Shown in pieces: positions 50,535 through 58,626 of a stretch of 64,000 nt of DNA. The DNA lies in the NCBI RefSeq assembly GCF_056746865.1, contig NZ_CM163382.1; one strand, given 5' to 3'. The translations under genes were made by a program, and so were the position numbers. Within the stretch, counting starts at the first letter, position 1, and every line of letters begins with the position of its first letter. The notes beneath the pieces were generated by a model. The model was not told the origin of the DNA, searched no databases, and worked only from the letters and a program-made list of their open reading frames with translations.

Positions 50535-51436
50535 CTTCACCATTTATTCAACAAATTGCTGATAACCGGGTATGTCAGGTACTCACCTGTCTTCCTGAAA
50601 AATTTGTGGTTGATTTCGCAAACGGAATCGATGTTGCACAGGAGCATATCCGCACGGCCGGAGAGCGCACGTTCTTCCGGCGTTTAAAAGAGGGGCTGAC
50701 CGGCGAAGGCGCTGCACGGCAGAATGCCATCAATGCGTCGCTTGCACAGGGCGTTGAGGCGTCCCTGCGCTGGCTGACGGAGATGACAACGTCACTTGCC
50801 ACCACAAACTACGCGATTACCCGGGTAAACGACAGGGTCAGTTCACTGGTCAGTGATACAGCCAGGCTGGCGCATTATTCCGCAGATACGCGGGAGCAGT
50901 TACTCACCCTGGCCGATCAGGTTCACCATAAACTGAATCATCTTGAAGAAAAACTCCACCGTGTTGACCAGGTTCAGCGGGCGCAGTTACATCTTGAGCA
51001 GATATTCTCATGGTGGAGCGCCGGGCGATATGCGTCATTTTCCCCTGCCGGACGTTGTTATGTGGCACTTGAAGAGCTTCGCTGGGGCGCGTTTGGTGAT
51101 GTGATACGTCAGAGCGAAACAGGCCAGGTTAACCAGCTACTGGATATTCTCAGACATAAAGCATTAACGCAGATGGCACAGGAGAGTGGCGGTAGTGCAA
51201 CCGTGCGTCTGAACACTCTGGACTGGCTTGGTGGTCAGGGCCGGGAGCAGGCAGATAACGAGTGGCATGACGCGATTAACTGGCTGGGAGACTGGTGCAG
51301 TGAAGAGCAGCATCCGGTGATCTGGTCAACCACGCAGGCTGCAGAACACTTACCGGTTCGCATGCCTCGCCTCTGCTCTGCAGAACGCCTCTCTGAAAGT
51401 ATGGTCGATGAAATATTTCAGAAGGGGGCTGCATGA
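50531..51436 (+). CDS. Helical protein of unknown function, translationally coupled partner of the dynamin-like GTPase (301 aa); positional equivalent of yjcZ
   Basis: The GTG start overlaps the upstream stop (GTGA at 50531-50534). No catalytic motif recognised. The coiled-coil-like stretch is LTLADQVHHKLNHLEEKLHRVDQVQRAQLHLEQ. Confidence 0.6.
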   Translation: MTSPFIQQIADNRVCQVLTCLPEKFVVDFANGIDVAQEHIRTAGERTFFRRLKEGLTGEGAARQNAINASLAQGVEASLRWLTEMTTSLATTNYAITRVNDRVSSLVSDTARLAHYSADTREQLLTLADQVHHKLNHLEEKLHRVDQVQRAQLHLEQIFSWWSAGRYASFSPAGRCYVALEELRWGAFGDVIRQSETGQVNQLLDILRHKALTQMAQESGGSATVRLNTLDWLGGQGREQADNEWHDAINWLGDWCSEEQHPVIWSTTQAAEHLPVRMPRLCSAERLSESMVDEIFQKGAA

Positions 51437-52503
51437 GTACAGAAATGAAAACGGGGCTGGTGCTGTCCGGTGGCGGGGCGGTGGGCGCTTATCAGGCGGG
51501 AGTGGTTAAGGCACTGGCAGAGTGTGGTACACAGATCAGCATGGTTTCAGGGGCCAGCATTGGCGCATTCAATGGTGCCATTATCGCGGCCTCTCCCGAT
51601 CTGTCAGAAGCTGCCGTACGCCTGGAGGCGCTCTGGGATCATCTGGGGAATAATCAGGTGCTGTCGGTAAACAGATTGGTTTACTTTTCATTGCTGAAAA
51701 AATTGTTCCAGGCAATGAACCTCTGCCAGATCCCCGGACGTGCAGGAGCACTGCTTACGACGCTTCTTCGCCATATATCGACAATCAACGGGTTTGACAA
51801 TCTGATGGCTCAGCCGTTGTTGTCAGATGAGCCCCTGACAGCGCTGATGGATCATTATCTTGATACTGATGCTCTGGCAGACGGGCTACCGCTGTATGTG
51901 TCGCTGTACCCCACAGAAGGGGGCATGCAGGATATTATTGACTGCATTCGTGCTGAACTGGGTGTCGGAACCACGAAAAACGCCGTTTTTCAGCATATCC
52001 AGAGCCTGCCCCGCGGACAGCAGAAAGAGGCTCTGCTTGCGTCAGCCGCGCTGCCCCTGCTGTTCCGTCCCCGTGAGGTTCAGGGGACAATGTTCGGTGA
52101 TGGTGGTATGGGAGGATGGCGAAATATGCAGGGAAATACCCCTGTGACGCCTCTGGTCGATGCCGGATGCAATATGGTGATTGTGACGCATCTGAGTGAG
52201 GGTTCTTTATGGGATCGCCAGGCTTTTCCGGACACCACAATCCTTGAGATCCGTCCCCGGAAAAGGCTGAAATATGCAGGTGATGGTGGCAACAGCGGCG
52301 GTCTGCTCAGTTTTACATCGGCACATACCGACGCCTGGCGTCAGCAGGGCTATGAAGACACGATGCTGGCGATGGAGCATATCCGGAAACCGCTGGCAGC
52401 ACGTCAGGCACTGACCCGGTCAGAGGCGGTATTGCAGAAAAGCCTGGATATAACGGAAGAGGCAGATTTGGCACTGAGAAACGCGATGGCCCGGATTAAA
52501 TAA
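51433..52503 (+). CDS. Patatin-like phospholipase (356 aa)
   Basis: The ATG overlaps the upstream stop (ATGA at 51433-51436). Motifs: oxyanion GGGAVG (13-18), nucleophile elbow G-A-S42-I-G, catalytic D223-G-G. Confidence 0.85.
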   Translation: MSTEMKTGLVLSGGGAVGAYQAGVVKALAECGTQISMVSGASIGAFNGAIIAASPDLSEAAVRLEALWDHLGNNQVLSVNRLVYFSLLKKLFQAMNLCQIPGRAGALLTTLLRHISTINGFDNLMAQPLLSDEPLTALMDHYLDTDALADGLPLYVSLYPTEGGMQDIIDCIRAELGVGTTKNAVFQHIQSLPRGQQKEALLASAALPLLFRPREVQGTMFGDGGMGGWRNMQGNTPVTPLVDAGCNMVIVTHLSEGSLWDRQAFPDTTILEIRPRKRLKYAGDGGNSGGLLSFTSAHTDAWRQQGYEDTMLAMEHIRKPLAARQALTRSEAVLQKSLDITEEADLALRNAMARIK

Positions 52504-52519
52504 AGACGCCCCAAAGAAA

Positions 52520-52545
52520 CGCCACCGCCTGTGGTGGTGTTTTTC
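52520..52545 (+). terminator. Rho-independent terminator of the three-gene operon
   Basis: CGCCACC (52520-52526) pairs with GGTGGTG (52633 is not used; pairing partner is 52533-52539), loop GCCTGT, followed by T5. Confidence 0.7.
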
Positions 52546-52833
52546 CTGTCTGGTGTTATTGAAAATATTTTCATATATATATTACCTGAGAGAAAGTTTT
52601 ACCCCTCACCTGTCAATTCACTCACTGGAAATTTAATTATGAAATTACCTGTAAAGTTATTAATGAGCCTTATATCTCTGGTCAGCGTTATTGCACGTGC
52701 CGGGGAATATAAAAATTACAGCCGGGATGAAATAAAATACTGGCGATATACATCATACAAGGGGGGGAAACTTCCGGAAGGTTTCACTGATGAGAAATTT
52801 TCCAGCGCCATTTACAACGGAAGAATATTTACA

Positions 52834-53322
52834 ATGAAACGTTTACATACCCTTATGTTATTTCTGGCGGTTCTGTTCACGGGCTTTAACTTTAACGCAG
52901 AAGCGGCTACCGTAAAACAAGCTCTTAGTTGTAACCCGGAAGCCTGGGCTGAACAACCTGGAGCGTGTCCATCAACGTACGAGTTGTACGAAGGTGACGC
53001 TACCTACAAAGCCGCTATCGACAAAGCATTAAAACCGGTCGGACTGAGCGGCATGTTCGGTAAAGGCGGCTATATGGATGGCCCTGGTGGAGGTATCACG
53101 CCAGTAAACATTAACGGTACAGTCTGGTTCCAGGGCGACGGTTGCAAAGCCAATACCTGCGGCTGGGACTTTATCGTAACACTCTATAACCCAAAAACCC
53201 ATGAAGTTGTTGGCTACCGTTACTTTGGTTTAGATGACCCGGCCTACCTGGTTTGGTTCGGTGAAATTGGCGTGCATGAATTCGCGTATCTGGTGAAAAA
53301 CTACGTAGCTGCGGTTAACTAA
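52834..53322 (+). CDS. Secreted Ivy-family-like protein (putative lysozyme inhibitor), 162 aa
   Basis: Signal peptide MKRLHTLMLFLAVLFTGFNFNAEA. The loop GCKANTCGWDFIVTLYNPKTHEVVG parallels the Ivy CKPHDCG loop and its following strands. The ORF is open upstream to 52531, so the start is uncertain. Confidence 0.5.
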   Translation: MKRLHTLMLFLAVLFTGFNFNAEAATVKQALSCNPEAWAEQPGACPSTYELYEGDATYKAAIDKALKPVGLSGMFGKGGYMDGPGGGITPVNINGTVWFQGDGCKANTCGWDFIVTLYNPKTHEVVGYRYFGLDDPAYLVWFGEIGVHEFAYLVKNYVAAVN

Positions 53323-53337
53323 TTTAAGGAGTCTATC

Positions 53338-53748
53338 ATGAAAACTTTTATCAAAACTTTACTCGTTGCTGTAACTATTCTGTTCTCTGTCTTCGCTACT
53401 GCGAAACAAGTAAAACTGCCAAATAACATCAAATACGTTAATACTACAGAAGCGTTTTCCTGTACCGAAATTGACGGTATGAATTGCCAGACAAAGAATC
53501 AGTTCAACTATAAAGATAACAGCTATGTTTTCGTGCTTGAACGTGGTGGTGCCTGGTGCTACGACTACACTGTCTCGGTAGTTAACCTGAAAACCGGGAA
53601 AGCACAAATGATTGAATACGGGGACAATCAACTGTGCTCAGGTAGCAACAAACCGTTCTTCGAAATCAAAAATGGCGTACCGACGGTAGGAGTCATCGAC
53701 ACATCCGGAAAACCTGTCGTTGTAGCCCAGGACAAACTTAAAATCTAA
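53338..53748 (+). CDS. Small secreted Cys-containing protein of unknown function, 136 aa
   Basis: Signal peptide MKTFIKTLLVAVTILFSVFATA. An RBS AAGGAG lies 6 nt upstream. The gene starts 15 nt after the previous stop. Confidence 0.6.
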   Translation: MKTFIKTLLVAVTILFSVFATAKQVKLPNNIKYVNTTEAFSCTEIDGMNCQTKNQFNYKDNSYVFVLERGGAWCYDYTVSVVNLKTGKAQMIEYGDNQLCSGSNKPFFEIKNGVPTVGVIDTSGKPVVVAQDKLKI

Positions 53749-53891
53749 GGAGTAAACCATGCGTTTCTCTGCACATTATTAATATCAAAGGTAAATACAG
53801 CCCCAGCCATTGTTACCGGAAAGCCGCTTAATGCGTGGCTCGCCAGTGAAAGGCCTCTCAGACAATAAACCTTATTCATTTCACCCGTCAG

Positions 53892-53923
53892 GCCGCGTCT
53901 TCTCCGGGAGACGCGGCTTTTTT
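53892..53923 (+). terminator. Rho-independent terminator
   Basis: GCCGCGTCT (53892-53900) pairs with AGACGCGGC (53909-53917), followed by T6. Confidence 0.75.
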
Positions 53924-53968
53924 CATTTATTGCACCAGTAAATCTTAACCACCGATAAGGAGCAAAGT

Positions 53969-54790
53969 ATGCGATTAGCAAGTCGTTTTGGTTATGCTGC
54001 AAACCAGATACGCCGTGACCGTCCGCTGACACATGAAGAACTGATACGCCATGTACCCAGTATTTTTGGGGAAGACCGGCACACCTCCCGCAGTGAACGG
54101 TATGCGTACATTCCCACCATTACCGTCCTGGAAAATCTGCAGCGGGAAGGCTTTCAGCCGTTCTTCGCCTGCCAGACCCGTGTGCGCGACCCGGGCCGCC
54201 GGGGATACACAAAACACATGCTGCGTCTGCGGCGGGCCGGAGAGATAAACGGAGAACATGTCCCTGAAATTATTCTGCTCAACTCTCATGACGGTACCTC
54301 CAGCTACCAGATGCTGCCGGGTTACTTCAGGTTCGTCTGCCAGAACGGGTGCGTCTGTGGCCAGTCTCTGGGGGAAGTGCGTGTTCCACACCGGGGAAAT
54401 GTAGTGGAGAAAGTTATCGAAGGGGCTTACGAGGTGGTGGGCGTGTTTGACCGGATAGAGGAGAAGCGTGATGCCATGCAGTCGCTGGTCCTGCCGCCAC
54501 CGGCACGCCAGGCGCTGGCACAGGCGGCACTGACTTACCGTTATGGTGACGAACATCAGCCCGTCACCACCGCCGACATTCTGACGCCGCGACGCCGGGA
54601 GGATTACGGTAAGGACCTGTGGAGCGCATATCAGACCATCCAGGAGAATATGCTGAAAGGCGGGATTTCCGGTCGCAGTGCAAAAGGAAAACGTATCCAT
54701 ACCCGGGCCATTCACAGCATTGATACCGACATTAAGCTCAATCGCGCATTGTGGGTGATGGCAGAAACGATGCTGGAGAGCCTGCGCTGA
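53969..54790 (+). CDS. DUF932-family protein (YfjQ/YkfF... island core), 273 aa
   Basis: MRLASRFGYAANQIRRDRPLTHEELIRHVPSIFGEDRHTSRSERYAYIPT... This is typical of the gene preceding the antirestriction gene in CP4-type islands. Confidence 0.8.
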   Translation: MRLASRFGYAANQIRRDRPLTHEELIRHVPSIFGEDRHTSRSERYAYIPTITVLENLQREGFQPFFACQTRVRDPGRRGYTKHMLRLRRAGEINGEHVPEIILLNSHDGTSSYQMLPGYFRFVCQNGCVCGQSLGEVRVPHRGNVVEKVIEGAYEVVGVFDRIEEKRDAMQSLVLPPPARQALAQAALTYRYGDEHQPVTTADILTPRRREDYGKDLWSAYQTIQENMLKGGISGRSAKGKRIHTRAIHSIDTDIKLNRALWVMAETMLESLR

Positions 54791-54871
54791 TGCCGTTTCC
54801 CTGAGTGAGGGAATCATTCAGCTTTCGTTCCTGAAAAACACACATTTATTTGTTATTTAAGGAGTTATCTC

Positions 54872-55351
54872 ATGAAAACCGTTTCTCAGAATACCCCCAC
54901 AATTTATTCAGCTACAACACCAGAGAATAATCCGCCTCAGTTGGTTGCCAGCCTCGTCCCTGATGAACAGCGCATCAGCTTCTGGCCGCAGCATTTTGGC
55001 CTCATTCCACAGTGGGTGACCCTGGAGCCCCGTGTCTTCGGCTGGATGGACCGTCTGTGCGAAGACTACTGCGGTGGTATCTGGAATCTGTACACCCTGA
55101 ACAACGGCGGGGCATTTATGGCACCCGAACCGGATGACGATGATGACGAAACATGGGTACTGTTCAATGCCATGAACGGTAACCGCGCAGAAATGAGCCC
55201 GGAAGCCGCCGGTATTGCCGCCTGTCTGATGACGTACAGTCATCATGCCTGTCGTACGGAGAATTATGCCATGACGGTCCATTATTACCGGTTGCGGGAT
55301 TACGCCCTGCAGCATCCGGAATGCAGCGCCATTATGCGCATCATCGACTGA
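54872..55351 (+). CDS. Antirestriction protein (ArdB/KlcA-like; YfjX/YafX family), 159 aa
   Basis: Contains ...RISFWPQHFGLIPQWVTLEPRVFGWMDRLCEDYCGGIWNLYTLNNGGAFMAP with an acidic DDDDDE run. Confidence 0.8.
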   Translation: MKTVSQNTPTIYSATTPENNPPQLVASLVPDEQRISFWPQHFGLIPQWVTLEPRVFGWMDRLCEDYCGGIWNLYTLNNGGAFMAPEPDDDDDETWVLFNAMNGNRAEMSPEAAGIAACLMTYSHHACRTENYAMTVHYYRLRDYALQHPECSAIMRIID

Positions 55352-55366
55352 ATGGAGAGAAGCACA

Positions 55367-55843
55367 ATGCAACAACTTTCCTTTCTGCCCGGAGAGATGA
55401 CGCCCGGCGAGCGCAGCCTCATTCAACGGGCCCTGAAAACCCTGGACCGCCATCTTCATGAACCCGGCGTGGCCTTCACCTCCACCCGTGCAGCACGGGA
55501 ATGGCTGATTCTGAACATGGCGGGACTGGAGCGTGAAGAATTCCGGGTGCTGTATCTGAACAACCAGAATCAGCTGATTGCCGGTGAAACCCTCTTCACC
55601 GGCACCATCAACCGCACGGAAGTCCATCCCCGTGAAGTGATTAAACGCGCCCTGTATCACAATGCCGCTGCTGTGGTGCTGGCACACAATCACCCGTCCG
55701 GTGAAGTCACACCCAGCAAGGCAGACCGCCTTATCACGGAACGTCTGGTACAGGCACTGGGCCTGGTGGATATCCGGGTGCCGGACCATCTGATAGTCGG
55801 TGGCAGCCAGGTTTTCTCCTTTGCCGAACATGGTCTGCTTTAA
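55367..55843 (+). CDS. yeeS: RadC-like JAB-domain protein (YeeS/YfjY/YkfG family)
   Basis: JAMM motif VLAHNHPSGEVTPSKAD. The Met at 55367 has the RBS GGAGAG. An alternative start lies at 55352. Confidence 0.85.
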   Translation: MQQLSFLPGEMTPGERSLIQRALKTLDRHLHEPGVAFTSTRAAREWLILNMAGLEREEFRVLYLNNQNQLIAGETLFTGTINRTEVHPREVIKRALYHNAAAVVLAHNHPSGEVTPSKADRLITERLVQALGLVDIRVPDHLIVGGSQVFSFAEHGLL

Positions 55844-55905
55844 CCCGTCACAACCACATCACACCTGTTTTCACTTTTATCTTCTGTCTTCAGAGGTATC
55901 CCACT

Positions 55906-56127
55906 ATGAAAATCATCACCCGTGGCGAAGCCATGCGTATTCACCGTCAGCATCCGGCATCCCGTCTTTTTCCGTTCTGTACCGGTAAATACCGCTGGCA
56001 CGGCAGTGCTGAAGCGTATACCGGTCGTGAAGTGCAGGATATTCCCGGTGTGCTGGCCGTGTTTGCTGAACGCCGTAAGGACAGTTTTGGCCCGTATGTC
56101 CGGCTGATGAGCGTCACTCTGAACTGA
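55906..56127 (+). CDS. yeeT: DUF987 protein YeeT, 73 aa
   Basis: MKIITRGEAMRIHRQHPASRLFPFCTGKYRWHGSAEAYTGREVQDIPGVLAVFAERRKDSFGPYVRLMSVTLN. Confidence 0.9.
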   Translation: MKIITRGEAMRIHRQHPASRLFPFCTGKYRWHGSAEAYTGREVQDIPGVLAVFAERRKDSFGPYVRLMSVTLN

Positions 56128-56206
56128 GTCAGTAAGGGCATTCTGATGAGCAGAATTATCGCCATTACCGGACCGTTCTTAACCGATTTTCTGTAAGGAT
56201 TTTATC

Positions 56207-56575
56207 GTGTCAGACACACTCCCCGGGACAACACTTCCCGACGACAATCACGACCGCCCCTGGTGGGGGCTGCCCTGCACCGTGACGCCCTGTTTCGGGG
56301 CACGTCTGGTGCAGGAGGGTAACCGGTTGCATTACCTTGCCGACCGCGCCGGTATCAGAGGCCTGTTCAGCGATGCAGATGCGTACCACCTGGACCAGGC
56401 CTTTCCGCTGCTGATGAAACAACTGGAACTCATGCTCACCAGCGGTGAACTGAATCCCCGCCATCAGCATACCGTCACGCTGTATGCAAAAGGGCTGACC
56501 TGCAAAGCCGATACCCTCAGCAGTTGTGGTTACGTTTATCTGGCTGTTTATCCGACGCCCGAAATGAAAAATTAA
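56207..56575 (+). CDS. cbeA: Type IV toxin-antitoxin system antitoxin CbeA (YeeU), 122 aa, intact
   Basis: MSDTLPGTTLPDDNHDRPWWGLPCTVTPCFGARLVQEGNRLHYLADRAG... Confidence 0.9.
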   Translation: MSDTLPGTTLPDDNHDRPWWGLPCTVTPCFGARLVQEGNRLHYLADRAGIRGLFSDADAYHLDQAFPLLMKQLELMLTSGELNPRHQHTVTLYAKGLTCKADTLSSCGYVYLAVYPTPEMKN

Positions 56576-56663
56576 CTCTCCAGAATAGCCTTCTGCTACG
56601 GCCTGGTGTTTTCACCACGCCACTTTTCCATTTTTATATCTGCATATCAGGAAAATCTTCAGT

Positions 56664-57037
56664 ATGAAAACATTACCTGTATTACCCGGGCAGGCGGCCA
56701 GTTCTCGCCCGTCTCCTGTTGAAATCTGGCAGATACTGCTGTCCCGACTGCTGGACCAGCACTATGGCCTCACACTGAATGACACACCTTTTGCCGATGA
56801 ACGTGTGATTGAGCAGCATATTGAGGCAGGCATTTCACTGTGTGATGCGGTGAACTTTCTCGTGGAAAAATACGCGCTGGTGCTACCGACCAGCCGGGAT
56901 TCAGCGCCTGTACCCGCTCTCAGTTAATAAACAGCATCGATATCCTCCGGGCTCGCAGGGCGACCGGCCTGATGACCCGCGACAATTACAGAACGGTAAA
57001 TAACATTACCCTGGGTAAGTATCCGGAGGCGAAATGA
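56664..57037 (+). pseudogene. cbtA: CbtA (YeeV) toxin gene with a 1-bp deletion frameshift
   Basis: The first 73 codons read [73 protein letters not shown]. The frame is then lost near 56881 and a stop occurs at 56925-56927. The rest, ...INSIDILRARRATGLMTRDNYRTVNNITLGKYPEAK*, is readable in the -1 frame to 57037. The total length of 374 nt equals 125 codons minus 1 nt. Confidence 0.85.
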
Positions 57038-57228
57038 TGACACTGGAAGCCGACAGCGTTAACGTACAGGCGCTGGATATGGGGCACATTGTCGTTGACA
57101 TTGATGGTGTTAATATCACTGAACTGATTAATAAGGCCGCTGAAAACGGTTATTCACTCCGCGTGGTGGATGACCGTGACTCTACCGAAACACCGGCAAC
57201 TTATGCCAGCCCTCACCAGTTGCTGTAA
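57034..57228 (+). CDS. yeeW: YeeW, 64 aa
   Basis: MMTLEADSVNVQALDMGHIVVDIDGVNITELINKAAENGYSLRVVDDRDSTETPATYASPHQLL. Confidence 0.8.
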   Translation: MMTLEADSVNVQALDMGHIVVDIDGVNITELINKAAENGYSLRVVDDRDSTETPATYASPHQLL

Positions 57229-57512
57229 GACAATGCAGTGATGCAGGGTATAGTGCCATTAACCACAGAAACAGCACTGTTGTCCTGTATTAAGCAGGCA
57301 AGAGAAGATGTCCTTACCCTGCGCCATCTGCAGCTTCTGCACCAGAACCGGTGAATCTCACTCAACAGGCTTCATTTCCCCTGACGCCAGCCTGAATACA
57401 GCTGGCGTTTTCATTTATAAACAGAAAGGAAAACCGATAATAATGGAATGGACGCCCCGACCATGAAGCAACGGTAGGATATTACTGATAAACCTTCCAG
57501 TGGAGGTGCGTT

Positions 57513-57593
57513 ATGGCCGTTTTAACGATTAGCATTGACCTGACAAAAAATGAATTCCAAATCCACGGTCTGGGTAGGAACAGAAAAATCTAA
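57513..57593 (+). pseudogene. N-terminal stub of an IS110-family transposase
   Basis: MAVLTISIDLTKNEFQIHGLGRNRKI* resembles the GIDLAKNxFQVHG start of IS110-family transposases. Confidence 0.45.
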
Positions 57594-57614
57594 GCTCAGA
57601 AAACGGATTAAAGT

Positions 57615-57775
57615 AAGCGTCAACGGAGCACCGTATTGACGCTTATTTATTGGTGAGAACTACGTTCCATGGCAGGAGTTCGTCAACACGGTTGGAGGGC
57701 CATTCCGGCAGTATGCTCAGAATATGGCGCAGATACGCTTCCGGATCGATACCGTTCAGACGGCAGGTGCCTGCT
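57615..57775 (-). mobile_element. IS66-family right-end fragment, inverted relative to the fragment at 27400-27803
   Basis: Begins at the GTAAGCG terminus (57615). The minus strand encodes ...GTCRLNGIDPEAYLRHILSILPEWPSNRVDELLPWNVVLTNK*. It is about 88% identical by eye to 27650-27803. Confidence 0.75.
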
Positions 57776-57799
57776 TTTCCGGCAACAAGCAGGAATCTC

Positions 57800-58025
57800 A
57801 GCGCTGAAGCAGGAATTAGAGGTAAAAACGCCCTACCGGGCCATGAATCACCCGGTCATTGGAGTAGTAACCAAAGCAGATTTAGCCAGCATGGAACAAA
57901 TATCTTTGGTGAAAAGTTGGTTACGGGAAGCTGGAGCGCACAACGTGTTAGTAACCAGTGCAGTTAATAACAATGGAGTTACAGAACTTTTTGCCTTGCT
58001 GCATACAGAAGAAGGCTGTTGTTAA
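57800..58025 (+). pseudogene. yoeF: C-terminal fragment of an EutP/PduV-family GTPase gene
   Basis: Reads ...PVIGVVTKADLASMEQISLVKSWLREAGAHNVLVTSAVNNNGVTELFALLHTEEGCC*. The 5' part is replaced by the IS66 fragment. Confidence 0.65.
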
Positions 58026-58125
58026 TTTCGATTGGTTCTCAGATGAGAATGATGACGGTGATACACAGATAAGAATCAATGAGCAATGAGGGTTACCGGG
58101 CAACCCTCATTGAATAAAACGGGAA

Positions 58126-58455
58126 TTACTTCGCTTCGCCGTTTTTCATTTCGCCCATAGCTTTCAGCTTTTTGGAGATATCGCGGCGTTCTTTGGAGAG
58201 CTCGGCATTTTTGATGATGTAATCGTCAACGCGATCTTCATAGTCACCTTTCATGCTGGCGATGATGCCCTGGATTGCTTCAACGCTCATCCCTGGCTTG
58301 ATGTAATCGCTCAGGTTGTCCAGCAACAGGACGCGCTTCTGGTTGTCACGGATCTTTTTCTCAACGTCCTGAATTTCACGTTGCAGTTTGTTCTTACGAC
58401 GGAACAGACGAACAAATTCCAGTACGTCCTGGAATGAAGGCTTGGTAGTTTCCAT
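58126..58455 (-). CDS. yeeX: UPF0265 protein YeeX, 109 aa
   Basis: [57 protein letters not shown]... Confidence 0.9.
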   Translation of the reverse strand: METTKPSFQDVLEFVRLFRRKNKLQREIQDVEKKIRDNQKRVLLLDNLSDYIKPGMSVEAIQGIIASMKGDYEDRVDDYIIKNAELSKERRDISKKLKAMGEMKNGEAK

Positions 58456-58626
58456 TTTTATACCCCTGATAATGTGAGAGTCGGATTCGTTTAAGCAACC
58501 GCTATTCGTTAGGGCCAACATTACTCATAGCTGCCGCAGATGACAATGCTTTTATCCCTTTTCACTATCATACCCTTTATCCTTGCTGAATCGAAGCAGC
58601 AGCAAGATGATTCTGAAGTTCAGGAA

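Noticed and set aside
47921-52545. The expectation of flu (antigen 43) and yeeR downstream of yeeP, as in K-12.
   Set aside because: No autotransporter-like ORF is present. The slot is occupied by the dynamin-like/patatin operon and the Ivy-like gene pair instead.
53975-55831. Two long minus-strand ORFs: 53975-54817 (280 aa) and 54908-55831 (307 aa).
   Set aside because: They lie exactly antisense to the well-supported DUF932, antirestriction and RadC genes. Their products are low-complexity and Gly/His/Gln-rich, with no motifs. They are typical shadow ORFs in GC-rich coding DNA.
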